In this document: piece by piece, positions 9,888 through 20,088 of the stretch
How the letters are laid out: the number at the start of each line of letters is the position of its first letter
How positions within the stretch are numbered: position 1 is the stretch's first letter
Sequence record: SRR20825019_2337
Length of the DNA stretch: 64,000 nucleotides
Strand: one strand, 5' to 3'
The notes under the pieces: model-generated
Database searches by the model: none
The model's input: the letters and a program-made list of their open reading frames with translations, nothing else
What the model was told of the DNA's origin: nothing
Program-made: the position numbers and the translations under genes

Positions 9888-11276
9888 GTGCTCCACCAAA
9901 CACAACACGACCATTTACGCCTCCAACAGATCTCCGATGGTCTGCTTGGGGCTCTCTCCGTCGCCCTGGCCTACGCACTGCGCTCGGAATTTCCCTGGCT
10001 CAACCTACCGGATCTCGAGGCATTCTCTGATTACATTTGGCTGCTCCTACTCACCGGCATTTTCACCCCCGTGATGCTTAGCCAGCAGGGTTTCTACAAT
10101 GCCGATCCGTTAACGTCGCGGGTCGCCACGATCTTCAAAATCATGCGCGGCTGCACCTATGCCGTGCTCGGACTCGTGCTGTTCCTCTTTATCGTGCGGG
10201 TGCAGTTCGCCCGTTCCGTAATCATCCTCGCCGGGGTCTTCGCGGCGTTTCTGATCTATGCCCGTCACGAATTCACGCAGGCCTTCGTTTCCCGAAATTC
10301 GCATTCCCAATCACAACGGCAACGTCGGGTGCTCTGGATTGGCAAACCTGATGCGATCACTCATTTGCGAGCATCACTCACGCATGCCGAGCAATCCTTG
10401 ATCGATCCCATCGCCGAAATCGATCCCCAGGCTGACATCGAAACGCATCTCACCGAGTCGATGCATAGCCATTCAGTCAACGCTGTCATCCTAATCCTTT
10501 CCGGACTCACTTCCGCCACCATCGATCAAGTCGTGCAGGCCTGTGATCACGAGGGTGTCGAAATCATCATCCACCCGGGGCTGACCTTCGCCTCTCCTTT
10601 CCGGCTTTCGGTGGATCAACTCGGCGGACAACCCGTGCTGTATTATCGCGCACAGGCCGCACGCCCCTTCGACCTCACACTCAAACAGGGCCTCGACTAC
10701 TTCGGCGCCACCCTCTGCCTCCTCGTCCTCTCTCCGTTGATGCTGTTCTGCGCACTGCTTCTCAAGCTCAGCTCGCCTAGCTCCCCGGTTTTCTTTCGCC
10801 AACAACGCGCCGGACTCAATGGACGACATTTCGTAATGTATAAATTTCGCACCATGCGGACCGGAGCAGAAAACGAAAAAGCTACCCTCTCCGCTCAAAA
10901 CGAAATGTCCGGCCCTGTTTTCAAAATCACCGACGATCCCCGCGTCACCCGACTCGGTCGATTCCTGCGCCGCCACAGTTTGGATGAACTTCCCCAGCTC
11001 TGGAACGTCCTGCGCGGTGAAATGAGCCTCGTCGGCCCGCGTCCCCTCCCGCTTGAAGAAGTGAAACACTTTGAGCACAACGCGCAGCGGCGGCGCCTCA
11101 GTGTCAAGCCCGGCCTCACTTGCCTGTGGCAAATTCGCGGCCGCAACGATATCAGCAGTTTTGAAGACTGGGTGCGTCTCGACCTCGAATATATTGACCA
11201 GTGGTCCCTCTGGCTGGATCTCAAAATCCTTTTTGCCACCATCCCTGTCGCCCTCTTCGGCCGCGGCGGCCGGTAG
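9888..11276 (+). CDS. Priming undecaprenyl-phosphate glycosyl-1-phosphate transferase (WcaJ/WbaP-type sugar transferase)
   Basis: 4 TM helices, then [43 protein letters not shown] start inferred. Confidence 0.9.
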   Translation: MLHQTQHDHLRLQQISDGLLGALSVALAYALRSEFPWLNLPDLEAFSDYIWLLLLTGIFTPVMLSQQGFYNADPLTSRVATIFKIMRGCTYAVLGLVLFLFIVRVQFARSVIILAGVFAAFLIYARHEFTQAFVSRNSHSQSQRQRRVLWIGKPDAITHLRASLTHAEQSLIDPIAEIDPQADIETHLTESMHSHSVNAVILILSGLTSATIDQVVQACDHEGVEIIIHPGLTFASPFRLSVDQLGGQPVLYYRAQAARPFDLTLKQGLDYFGATLCLLVLSPLMLFCALLLKLSSPSSPVFFRQQRAGLNGRHFVMYKFRTMRTGAENEKATLSAQNEMSGPVFKITDDPRVTRLGRFLRRHSLDELPQLWNVLRGEMSLVGPRPLPLEEVKHFEHNAQRRRLSVKPGLTCLWQIRGRNDISSFEDWVRLDLEYIDQWSLWLDLKILFATIPVALFGRGGR

Positions 11277-11341
11277 GGATATTCCATTTAGAGCCCGCAG
11301 GTCCGATCTGAACTGAAGGGATCAGCCTCCACCCGATCCGC

Positions 11342-11366
11342 AGACGACGCGGACGTCGTCCCGCCA
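11342..11366. repeat. REP-like palindrome, intergenic copy
   Basis: aGACGAC-gcggac-GTCGTC-ccgcca; 20/25 identical to the copy at 16314-16338. Confidence 0.6.
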
Positions 11367-11372
11367 ACAGAC

Positions 11373-12494
11373 CTACATCCCCGACAACACGTAAGGTTCA
11401 ATCGTGCGGAAGTCCTCGCCTTCACACAACGCATCCCGCGTTGCTTGATCTGTGCAAAGATACAGCGCGTAGCCTCCAAAGCCTCCACCACAATACTTCC
11501 ACGCCAGCACGGAAGTTTGCAGATTTTCCGGGAGCGATGCTTTTGCATTCGTATCACCCGCCAACGGCTCCATGCCTTCGCTCAATTGCACCGCATAAGA
11601 TTGACGCACCGCATCGGCGATCCCTTCGAAGCTCGAAGTCCAGACGGCTTCGCGGGCCGATTTACCCGCGGCCTCGATTGCATCAAAGTCACGGTCGTTC
11701 TCCACCGTGCCCGGGGTGTCGTGTTGAATCCCCGTCCAATAAAGCGCCATCCGGCCTTTGAGGAAATCCGCGTTGTGCTTGATCTCCAATTCCGGTTTCG
11801 CCCCACTGCGCCAGACACACAAACCCGTTTCCGAAATCACCGCCGGGTCCTGCCAGCCCACGCCCAAATCGAGCTCTGCTTCCACCCCGTTTTTTCCGTT
11901 GATCAACGCCCAGGCACCACTGCCACCGAGACCGGCATTCCGCTCATACGGCCAATCCTGCAGCGACACCGTCGGTGAAATCGCACAGTTCACCACGAAG
12001 GCTCCTTTACGAGCAAATTTAGGCACATCCAGCCAGCCACCTCCGAAATCCACCCGCAGCGGCGCGACCTGCGGGGCGCGAATGTAGCGCACGATTTCCG
12101 AAGTCGAGATCGGCGGAAACTCCGGCGGCGTCTTGGGGAGCACCACGTATTCCGCCCCGACTTCCGCGCACAATGCCTTCTTCAACGGCGTATATTTATC
12201 ATCCTCGGTAACCGCCAAGACATCCGGACGGATCCGCAGAAAGTGCTCCCGAAAATCGATCCCTTCCTCCAGCCCCGTCCCCACCACAACTTCATCCACC
12301 ACAGACAGCCCGTTTAGCAAGGCACGCTTGTGTTCATCCGGCAAAGAACTCTTCCGCTGCTTGTGAAACCACAGCACATCTTTGGAGGCAAAACAGACCG
12401 TCAGAAAATCGCCCAGCTCCCGGGCTTCCCGAAAAAACTGGATATGCCCCGCATGGATAATGTCGTAACAACCTGAGACGAAAACTTTGCGCAT
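11373..12494 (-). CDS. Cytidylyl/adenylyltransferase fused to a GHMP-kinase-like domain
   Basis: N-terminal GCYDIIHAGH (HxGH) and ISTS; C-terminal APLRVDFGGGWLD, GLGGSG, GWQD, CGGGFGGY. Confidence 0.8.
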   Translation of the reverse strand: MRKVFVSGCYDIIHAGHIQFFREARELGDFLTVCFASKDVLWFHKQRKSSLPDEHKRALLNGLSVVDEVVVGTGLEEGIDFREHFLRIRPDVLAVTEDDKYTPLKKALCAEVGAEYVVLPKTPPEFPPISTSEIVRYIRAPQVAPLRVDFGGGWLDVPKFARKGAFVVNCAISPTVSLQDWPYERNAGLGGSGAWALINGKNGVEAELDLGVGWQDPAVISETGLCVWRSGAKPELEIKHNADFLKGRMALYWTGIQHDTPGTVENDRDFDAIEAAGKSAREAVWTSSFEGIADAVRQSYAVQLSEGMEPLAGDTNAKASLPENLQTSVLAWKYCGGGFGGYALYLCTDQATRDALCEGEDFRTIEPYVLSGM

Positions 12495-12501
12495 GGCGTT
12501 A

Positions 12502-12543
12502 AAGCGATAAGCACAAAGCGTTGAGCGGAAAGCTTAAAGCGTA
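12502..12543. repeat. Degenerate heptamer tandem repeat
   Basis: aagcgat aagcaca aagcgtt gagcgga aagctta aagcgta. Confidence 0.65.
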
Positions 12544-12611
12544 TCGTCAAGATGACTGTGAGTTTGCGATTCGTTATCCCCAAGCATAGCTGTCTTCCTT
12601 AAATCATCCCC

Positions 12612-13307
12612 ATGCACCGCGATCAAATCACGACCCTCTTCGATCAACACGCCGCTTCCTATGACGAGAAATGGCAACCCACCGCACCTCTCAATGACGC
12701 GTTGCATCTATTATCCGCTTCCATCCTCTCGCAGCTTCCCTCCGATGTCCGTATTCTTTGCGTTGGTTCCGGCACCGGTGCGGAGATCCTGTCACTCGCC
12801 GAACAGTTTCCCGGCTGGCACTTCACCGCCGTTGAACCCTCCGCCGCCATGCAAACCGTGTTTCGCAAACGGGCGGAAGCACTCGGCATCGCCGACCGTT
12901 GCATCAGCCACACCGGCTACCTCGAAACCCTCCCGACACAACCCCCTTTCCATGCCGCCACCGCGTTCCTTGTTTCTCAATTTATCATCGATCGTTCGCA
13001 ACGCGTGCAGTTTTTCCAGCACATCGCCGACCGACTCGCGACCGACGGTCATCTGCTCAGCTCCGATCTGGCCGGCGATCCCGCCTCTCCCGAGTTTCCC
13101 CGCCAACTCGAAACCTGGCATCGTCTGACTCAGCAAGAAGCCCCCACTCCCGAAAAAATCGCTCAACTCCTGAAAACTTACACTACCGATGTCGCCGTCA
13201 TCCCACCGGACAGCATTCAGACAATCATCAGCCAAGGCGGTTTTCAAAATCCCATTCCCTTCTACCAAGCCAGCCTCATCCACGCCTGGTCTGCTCAACG
13301 CGCTTGA
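12612..13307 (+). CDS. Class I SAM-dependent methyltransferase
   Basis: ILCVGSGTGAE motif I, AVEPSAAM. Confidence 0.85.
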   Translation: MHRDQITTLFDQHAASYDEKWQPTAPLNDALHLLSASILSQLPSDVRILCVGSGTGAEILSLAEQFPGWHFTAVEPSAAMQTVFRKRAEALGIADRCISHTGYLETLPTQPPFHAATAFLVSQFIIDRSQRVQFFQHIADRLATDGHLLSSDLAGDPASPEFPRQLETWHRLTQQEAPTPEKIAQLLKTYTTDVAVIPPDSIQTIISQGGFQNPIPFYQASLIHAWSAQRA

Positions 13308-13365
13308 GCCTTAAGCATCAGCCAAAACGCGGCCAATACCCTGGCTGACAGAGCGAGAGTTCATT

Positions 13366-15132
13366 TCATTTTATTATTCGATCCGCAAACCACTGCTTCA
13401 CTCCCTTCAAGGAGCGCGTGTTGAAAACACTCTCCTTCGTCAGCCAACCCTTGCGGGCGGAGTTAATTCCGGCGGCGACATGTTCGAGGCCTTCGGTCTC
13501 ATGGGCGTCGGGATTGATGGAGCAGAGTAAGCCTTTCTCGGCGGCTTTGCGCCAGTGACGCCAGTCCATGTCGAGCCGCCAGGGGCTCGCGTTGAGTTCG
13601 ATGATCACTTTATTCGCAATCGCCGAGTCGATCACTTTGCCCGCATCGACCTTGTAGGCTTCGCGACGCAGCAGCAGCCGGCCCGTCAAATGCCCGAGCA
13701 TGGTCGTATGCGGATTCTCAATCGCGCGAATGATCCGCTTGGTCATCGTCGCTTCGTCCTGCGTCATCGCATTGTGCACGGACACCACCACATAATCGAG
13801 TTGCGCCAGAATCTCGTCGTCGTAGTCGAGCGCTCCATCGGTTAGAATGTCACATTCCACTCCAGCGAAGACGTGGGTCTTGAAACGCTTTTCAGCATTC
13901 AGGGCGTGGATGGTTTCGACCTGATTGAGCAGACGTTCCTCGCTGAGACCATTGGCCTGAAAACTCGATTTGGAGTGATCAGCGATTCCGAGATAATCCC
14001 AGCCGAGGGCTTCCGCCGCGACGGTCATTTCCTCGAGAGTGTTTCGTCCATCGGATGCTGTGGTGTGATTGTGAAACGCACCGCGGAGATCGGATAGCGC
14101 GACCAAATCCGGAAGTTGCCCTTTCTCCGCCGCTTCGATCTCACCCAGTCCTTCCCGCAGCGCGGGCGGAATAAAGCTCAAGCCAAGCGCTTTAAACAGA
14201 TCCTCCTCTGAATCCGCCGGGGTGCGCAGCGATTTATCCTCGGCCTTTTCCTTGGCAGTGCCCTCGCCTTCCGCGGGCACGAGGCCCCACTCGCTTAAGC
14301 TCAGTCCACGTGACAAGGCTCGCTGGCGCATCGCCACATTGTGATCCTTCGAGCCGGTAAAATGATGCAGCGCAAAAACGAATTGATCGGCTGGCACGAT
14401 TCGCAGATCCGCTTGCAGTCCACCTGCAAATCGCACGCTCGCCTTGGTTTCTCCCTGAGCAGTGATCTCCTGAATCCCTTCCTGCGAGACAAACCACTCG
14501 ACCACCGGAGCGAAGTCTTCGGCCGCGACCAGAAAATCCAAATCGCCAATCGTCTCCATTCCCCGACGCAGACTGCCCGCAAATTCCGCATGCTCGACTT
14601 GTTTGAGATTTCGCAAGCCTTCCAGTATAGGCACAGCCACTTCATGCGCCTCCCACCAACGATGACGTTTACCATAGGCCTCGCGGTTCTTGATCCCGGC
14701 GACGATTTTCTCTTGGGATTTCGGTCCGAATCCATCGAGTTCCGCGACTTTGTTTTCCTCGCAGGCCTTCACCAGACCGGCAATATCCGTCACCCCCAAC
14801 TTGCTGTTCAAGGCGCGCACCTTCTTCGCACCGAGTCCGGGAATATCGAGCATCTCGACCAGCCCCGGTTCAATTGAGGCCTGCAATTTCTCAAAGAACT
14901 CTAATTTGCCGGTCGTATGCAATTCCGTGATTTTTTCCACGAGTGCTTTTCCGATGCCTTTCACTCCGCCGAGTTCTTCTGCTTCGATCAACCGCTCGAG
15001 CTCCGCATCTTCCAGCGATTCCAGTGCCCGTGCCCCGGATTGATAAGCGCGAATCTTAAACGGGTTCTCCCCTTTCAATTCGAGCAGCACCCCGATCTCG
15101 TTCAGCACATCCGCAATCTCATTCTTGGTCAT
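13366..15132 (-). CDS. polX: DNA polymerase X / PHP 3'-5' exonuclease
   Basis: [30 protein letters not shown] motifs [18 protein letters not shown]. Confidence 0.95.
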   Translation of the reverse strand: MTKNEIADVLNEIGVLLELKGENPFKIRAYQSGARALESLEDAELERLIEAEELGGVKGIGKALVEKITELHTTGKLEFFEKLQASIEPGLVEMLDIPGLGAKKVRALNSKLGVTDIAGLVKACEENKVAELDGFGPKSQEKIVAGIKNREAYGKRHRWWEAHEVAVPILEGLRNLKQVEHAEFAGSLRRGMETIGDLDFLVAAEDFAPVVEWFVSQEGIQEITAQGETKASVRFAGGLQADLRIVPADQFVFALHHFTGSKDHNVAMRQRALSRGLSLSEWGLVPAEGEGTAKEKAEDKSLRTPADSEEDLFKALGLSFIPPALREGLGEIEAAEKGQLPDLVALSDLRGAFHNHTTASDGRNTLEEMTVAAEALGWDYLGIADHSKSSFQANGLSEERLLNQVETIHALNAEKRFKTHVFAGVECDILTDGALDYDDEILAQLDYVVVSVHNAMTQDEATMTKRIIRAIENPHTTMLGHLTGRLLLRREAYKVDAGKVIDSAIANKVIIELNASPWRLDMDWRHWRKAAEKGLLCSINPDAHETEGLEHVAAGINSARKGWLTKESVFNTRSLKGVKQWFADRIIK

Positions 15133-15139
15133 GACGAGA

Positions 15140-15170
15140 AGCTATCAGCTATCAGCGATCAGCGGTAAGC
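15140..15170. repeat. Heptamer tandem repeat upstream of polX
   Basis: agctatc agctatc agcgatc agcggta agc. Confidence 0.7.
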
Positions 15171-15333
15171 AAAAAGATGAGCACCGACTCAAATGATCAA
15201 ACCGCTGATGCACGCTAGTGGACGCTAAACCCTTACACCCGGATTAGCGGCCATGAGCGGTTAAAGTCAGATTCTCCATCCCACCGACGTTTTGCGTGCT
15301 CGCTCCCAGACAAAACATCATCACATTACCCCC

Positions 15334-15741
15334 ATGTCTTTCACCTACGAACGCACCATCCGGCTCGCCGATACTGATGCCGCGGGGATCGTTTTTTTTG
15401 CCAACTACCTCGTGCTCTGTCACGAAGCCTATGAAGCCTCTCTCGCAGCTGCAGGGATTACTATGCAGGATTTCTTTGGTGGAGCTGACCTTGTCGTGCC
15501 CATTTCGAACAGCACCGTGGATTACCTGCGGCCCCTGCAATGCGGTGAGAAGATCAGCGTGCACGTGGAGCCAAGAACGGTTTCCGAAAACAGCTTCACG
15601 ATTGATTACACAGTCATGCGCCTGACCACTCCGGCAAAAGTCGCTGCGCGGGCCCAAACCACCCATGTGTGCACTTCGCGCAGCCAGCGAAGTCGAGCCC
15701 CTCTACCCGCTGATCTGGTCGCCTGGCTGAAACAAGATTAA
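15334..15741 (+). CDS. Hotdog thioesterase, probable 1,4-dihydroxy-2-naphthoyl-CoA hydrolase
   Basis: RLADTDAAGIVFFAN..CHEAYE (4HBT class); adjacent to menE/menC. Confidence 0.75.
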   Translation: MSFTYERTIRLADTDAAGIVFFANYLVLCHEAYEASLAAAGITMQDFFGGADLVVPISNSTVDYLRPLQCGEKISVHVEPRTVSENSFTIDYTVMRLTTPAKVAARAQTTHVCTSRSQRSRAPLPADLVAWLKQD

Positions 15742-15902
15742 TGCGGATCGAGGGAGCTGATCATGTCCCCCGTCATGGAGCGAGTAGCTACGAGCCTTCG
15801 TATTGACGATTATGGGTGATCCCCGTCCTCGAAGACCGGGCATGGAGCGCACGAGCAAGCTTTAAACGAGAGTGAAATTGTTCGCCATGTGGACTGAAAC
15901 TC

Positions 15903-17117
15903 TCAGTCCGTGCGAGTTGGAAATTTGGCCAGCAACAGTCGCTGTAATTCGGCGCGATTCACTTTACCTTGCGCGTTCCGGGGCCATTCAGTTTCGGAAA
16001 GCCCCAGATAACGCTTCGGCCGTTGGTGACGCACTAGGTGACGGTTAATCACCTGCTCAAAATCGGGTTTCTTTACTCCGACATAGCACGCGACCAACTC
16101 CTCGCCCCATTCTGCATGAGGCAGGCCGATCACCGCCACATCGGTAAAAATGCCCAGAGTGCGTAGCACGGATTCGACCTCGCGAGGATTTACTTTCTCT
16201 CCCCCGGTGATGACGACATCATCCCGTCGTCCTTCGATGTGCAGATGACCGCTCGCATCGAGCCAGCCGCGATCCGCAGTCGCGAATCTCCTTTTCTCTT
16301 CGCAGCCCGTTCCGGACAACGCGGAGGTTGTCCCTCCAAAATAATCGCGCATCACGGAATCACCCGAAATCCGCACGCTGCCTGTTTCACCATGCGGTAA
16401 AAGTTCTCCGGTAGTTTCATCGCAAATTTCGATCCGCGCATGTGGCATGACCCGCCCACTGCTCTCGTCACCTGCCTTAAAATCCGCCACCGTCTGTGAC
16501 GCAATCATCGCCGCCGTTTCAGTCATGCCATAGCTGAACACGACCGGCAGTTTCGCAGCTCGTGCCGACTCCATTAAAGCCGGCCATGCGGGACCGCCTC
16601 CAATCACGATCAATTTCAATCGGCGCAACCATCCCTCGGCACGTGGATTCGTCAGTAATCGCTGCAATTGGGTCGGCACCAGCGAAATCATTTCCTCACC
16701 GGAAAGTTCCGGCCACTCCCCGGCTTCCAACATTTTCCACTGCCAGGCCAGATAGCGCCCGTCCGTCACTGCGCAACGCACGCGCGCCAGCAACCCGCTC
16801 ACATGCCAGGGCGGAAGCACATCGATCACATTGATCTGATCCAGCCCAAAATGAGAACAAAAGCCCTGCACCGCCGCGCCAATCGTCACCTCATCGTGCC
16901 GCGCAAATTTCAAGCCGCCGCTTGATCCTCCGGTCGGAATGCAAAGCCAACCTTGAGCGATTTTGGAAGTTGGATTGGAGATTTGGGATTGGCGCAACTC
17001 GCTGAATTTTCCGCGTTGGCCTGACGTCCAATGCGGATCGATCAGGAAGGTGTAGCCGCCATGTGATTCGGCACACCCCGTTGCCTCAATGAGTGTTTCT
17101 AGCTGAGCGCGTTCCAT
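15903..17117 (-). CDS. menE: o-succinylbenzoate-CoA ligase
   Basis: IPTGGSSG, SLVPTQLQR, SYGMTET, ITGGEKV, PRNAQGK; overlaps menC. Confidence 0.85.
   Translation of the reverse strand: MERAQLETLIEATGCAESHGGYTFLIDPHWTSGQRGKFSELRQSQISNPTSKIAQGWLCIPTGGSSGGLKFARHDEVTIGAAVQGFCSHFGLDQINVIDVLPPWHVSGLLARVRCAVTDGRYLAWQWKMLEAGEWPELSGEEMISLVPTQLQRLLTNPRAEGWLRRLKLIVIGGGPAWPALMESARAAKLPVVFSYGMTETAAMIASQTVADFKAGDESSGRVMPHARIEICDETTGELLPHGETGSVRISGDSVMRDYFGGTTSALSGTGCEEKRRFATADRGWLDASGHLHIEGRRDDVVITGGEKVNPREVESVLRTLGIFTDVAVIGLPHAEWGEELVACYVGVKKPDFEQVINRHLVRHQRPKRYLGLSETEWPRNAQGKVNRAELQRLLLAKFPTRTD
16314..16338. repeat. REP-like palindrome inside the menE coding sequence
   Basis: GGACAAC-gcggag-GTTGTCC-ctcca; encodes GGTTSALS. 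Confidence 0.6.
16959..16993. repeat. Heptamer tandem repeat inside menE
   Basis: gattttg gaagttg gattgga gatttgg gattggc; encodes QSQISNPTSKI. Confidence 0.6.
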
Positions 17118-18154
17118 TTGGCCTCCTCGTCAATTTTCTCAACATCATCCCAGCGGATAAACGACGCCCTATAGGGACCGTCCATGTCTTGATTCATGAA
17201 TAACGGCCACACGCCGAAGCCCAGCGCGTGTTTCGAACCACTCCAAGCAAAGGCATGTCGCAGAGCCGCCTTCGCCCCGATACCCGTTTCCAGAGCACTC
17301 GAAAATACGACCTTGGCATCAGCCTTTTCCAGCGCGGCCAAAGCGGTATCCACATCGCTCATCAAACTCGACTTGAGCACAAAATAGCCGGCCCATCCCA
17401 AATCGAGCCATCGGACAACATCCCGTGTGCTCAGCACCGATTCATCCAGAGCCAACGGGGTGGGATAATCTTCCGCCAATCCCAACAGTAAATCCTCTGA
17501 TTTGCGATCCGCAGCCGAACTGAGTGATTTATCCGACATCGCTTTCGCGAAAGCTGAGGCTTCTGAAAAGCACGGTTGCTCCACATATTCGATTGGATAA
17601 TCCGCACAGCGATCCAACCACTTCTCGGCTGATCGCCGATCCCAGGCTCCATTCGCATCCAATCTTAGCTTGGCCCCACCGGGTAATCGCGCGCAGATAT
17701 CATCCAACAGCGTGAGTTCATCCGCCACTTCTCCGACTCCTACCTTCCACTTGAAAGTGCGAAAACCCGCCTCCGCTTGAGGTTCGATTATATCCAGCGC
17801 TCCCCGCCCCGCCGGTAATAATGCCGCCACCGCTCTCGCAGCTTGATCCGCGGGAGCTTTCTTTTCGGCACGCGCCAGCTGCAACGCACCTCGCAAACAT
17901 CTCAAGGACTGGGGCACGGCCTCGCACTGCTCCTCATCAACCGTCTCTCCCAACCGACGGCAGGCCTCTTCGACTTCTTCAACTGACTCGGTGCCAAACC
18001 ACGGAATCGGGCACGCCTCCCCAAAACCGACGACTCCTGTTTCACTCTCCAATCTTAAGATCACGCCCTCCCGAGCCTCCCAGCGTCCGTGTCCGGTCCA
18101 CAACGGAGCCCGAAACGGCAGACGGTAACGACGGTATTCGAAACGGTAATTCAC
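17099..18154 (-). CDS. menC: o-succinylbenzoate synthase
   Basis: Enolase superfamily: FKWKVG, LRLDANG, EQP, LALDES, SSALET. Confidence 0.88.
   Translation of the reverse strand: MNYRFEYRRYRLPFRAPLWTGHGRWEAREGVILRLESETGVVGFGEACPIPWFGTESVEEVEEACRRLGETVDEEQCEAVPQSLRCLRGALQLARAEKKAPADQAARAVAALLPAGRGALDIIEPQAEAGFRTFKWKVGVGEVADELTLLDDICARLPGGAKLRLDANGAWDRRSAEKWLDRCADYPIEYVEQPCFSEASAFAKAMSDKSLSSAADRKSEDLLLGLAEDYPTPLALDESVLSTRDVVRWLDLGWAGYFVLKSSLMSDVDTALAALEKADAKVVFSSALETGIGAKAALRHAFAWSGSKHALGFGVWPLFMNQDMDGPYRASFIRWDDVEKIDEEAKWNALS
17529..17560. repeat. Palindromic element inside menC
   Basis: ttatccgacatcGCTTTCGCGAAAGCtgaggc (perfect 14-bp palindrome); encodes ASAFAKAMSDK. Confidence 0.55.
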
Positions 18155-18269
18155 TGGCTTAAAGTGACAGAAACTCTCCAGCCGTGTAAATTCTCACTCT
18201 CAAATGAACGAAAAATAAAGTTTCAGATTGCCGCCTTCGAAAATCGGTTTATTACGTTCACGGCAACAC

Positions 18270-19859
18270 ATGAATAAGGTTGCTACATCATCCACTTCGC
18301 TAGCTGCCGCGTCCGACGCCGAATTTTATCTTTCGGCCGACGCGTTTTTTCGGGCCAACCTCCCCAACGCCCTGACGTTCGACGACGTCTCCCTCGCCAC
18401 GCTCTATTCGGATATTCTGCCCAAGGATGCGGATACATCGACGAGCCTGTCGGACGCGCTGCACCTCCACATCCCGATCATTTCATCGGATATGGACACG
18501 GTCACCGAGTCACGCATGGCCATCGCGATGGCCCTCAATGGCGGGCTCGGATTGATTCACTACAACATGCCGGCCAAGGAGCAGGTCAAGGAAGTCGCCC
18601 GGGTTAAACGCCATATTCACGGTCTGATTCAGGATCCCATCACCGTCACCGCCGAGGAATACATCGGCGATGTGCTCACGATGATGGAGCAGCGCAAGTT
18701 CAGCTTCAGCACCTTCCCGGTCGTCGATGCCAACTCCAGGCTCGTGGGCCTGCTTTCCGGCAATGTCGTCAAGGAACGCTATCGTTCGAAGAAGATCGCC
18801 GATGTAATGACCCCTCGGGATCAACTTAGAACCGAGCTCGAAAGCGCCATCGCCAACGATCCCATCGCTGCCGCCGATAAGTTCTTCACCGCCAATGTCG
18901 GGATCAACAAAATGCTCGTCGTCAACCCGCAAGACGAGCTTCGCGGTCTCGTCACCAGTTCCGATGTCGAGAAAATCACCAGTGAGGCCAAGTCGCACTG
19001 CAAGCCCGCCCGCGACGCCGATTTTCGTCTCGTCGTCGGCGCCGCGCTCTCTCCCGTTCGCAAACCGACCGGCGAACTCGACCGCGACAGAATCCTCGAA
19101 CACGTCGGCCATCTCGTTGATGAAAATATCGACACCGTCGCAGTGTCATCCGCCCACGCACATACCTCCGGCGTTGGCGAAATGGTCAAACTCGTTCGCG
19201 AAGCATTCCCTGATCTCACGATCATCGCCGGTAATGTGACGAGCGGTTCGGGCGTCGAATTTCTCGCTGAGTGCGGAGCCAATGCGATCAAGATCGGCCA
19301 GGGCCCCGGGTCGATCTGCACCACCCGTGTCGTCGCCGGCGTGGGCATACCGCAACTCACCGCCCTTTATGCTTCCAGCCTCGCCGCTAAAAACAAAGGC
19401 GTTCGACTCATCGCCGACGGCGGCATCAGCAAGTCCGGCGATATCGTCAAAGCCCTCACCCTCGCCGACGCCGTGATCTGCGGCGGTCTCCTCGCCGGTT
19501 GTCGCGAATCGCCCGGTGAGATCATGGAAATCAGCGGCAAGATTTATAAATCCTACCGAGGCATGGGATCTCTCGCCGCGATGAAGGATGGCAGTGCCGC
19601 TCGCTACGGTCACGATAAGGACGACAAAGTCCGCAAGATCACCGCCGAAGGTATCGAAGCCCTCAAAGAAGTCAGTGGTTATGCCGACGACGTCCTCGCC
19701 AATCTCATTGGTGGGGTGCAAAGCGGCATGGGTTACCTCGGCGCACCGACCCTCGATCAACTCCGCGCCAAGGCCCGCTACATCCGCGTCAGCCCCGCCG
19801 GACAAAAGGAAGCGTCACCGCACGACGTGGTCGAAGTCTCCACCAGACAAAACAGCTAA
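18270..19859 (+). CDS. guaB: IMP dehydrogenase with CBS pair
   Basis: [21 protein letters not shown] (catalytic Cys), IADGG, YRGMGS. Confidence 0.93.
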   Translation: MNKVATSSTSLAAASDAEFYLSADAFFRANLPNALTFDDVSLATLYSDILPKDADTSTSLSDALHLHIPIISSDMDTVTESRMAIAMALNGGLGLIHYNMPAKEQVKEVARVKRHIHGLIQDPITVTAEEYIGDVLTMMEQRKFSFSTFPVVDANSRLVGLLSGNVVKERYRSKKIADVMTPRDQLRTELESAIANDPIAAADKFFTANVGINKMLVVNPQDELRGLVTSSDVEKITSEAKSHCKPARDADFRLVVGAALSPVRKPTGELDRDRILEHVGHLVDENIDTVAVSSAHAHTSGVGEMVKLVREAFPDLTIIAGNVTSGSGVEFLAECGANAIKIGQGPGSICTTRVVAGVGIPQLTALYASSLAAKNKGVRLIADGGISKSGDIVKALTLADAVICGGLLAGCRESPGEIMEISGKIYKSYRGMGSLAAMKDGSAARYGHDKDDKVRKITAEGIEALKEVSGYADDVLANLIGGVQSGMGYLGAPTLDQLRAKARYIRVSPAGQKEASPHDVVEVSTRQNS

Positions 19860-19890
19860 GCGCGACTCGCTGATCTTCCCACAAAGCGGG

Positions 19891-19929
19891 AAATAGCCCA
19901 CGTCAACTATTAGTTGACGTGGGCTATTT
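19891..19929. repeat. Perfect 19-bp inverted repeat (terminator or REP-type hairpin)
   Basis: AAATAGCCCACGTCAACTA-t-TAGTTGACGTGGGCTATTT. Confidence 0.85.
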
Positions 19930-20088
19930 AGCTTACTTGTCCTGCGAGCGAGTGCAGGCGGGTATATCCGCTCCATGATGACACGATCGATCTACCCCGA
20001 AGAGGGATTTTGGTTGCCCTGATACGGACCCTAGGTTTTTCAATTAACGGCAACAGGAGTCCTTCTGATTTCAGTTGCTGCGCCAACT

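Noticed and set aside
19930-20088. Purine riboswitch before purA
   Set aside because: No recognizable aptamer consensus
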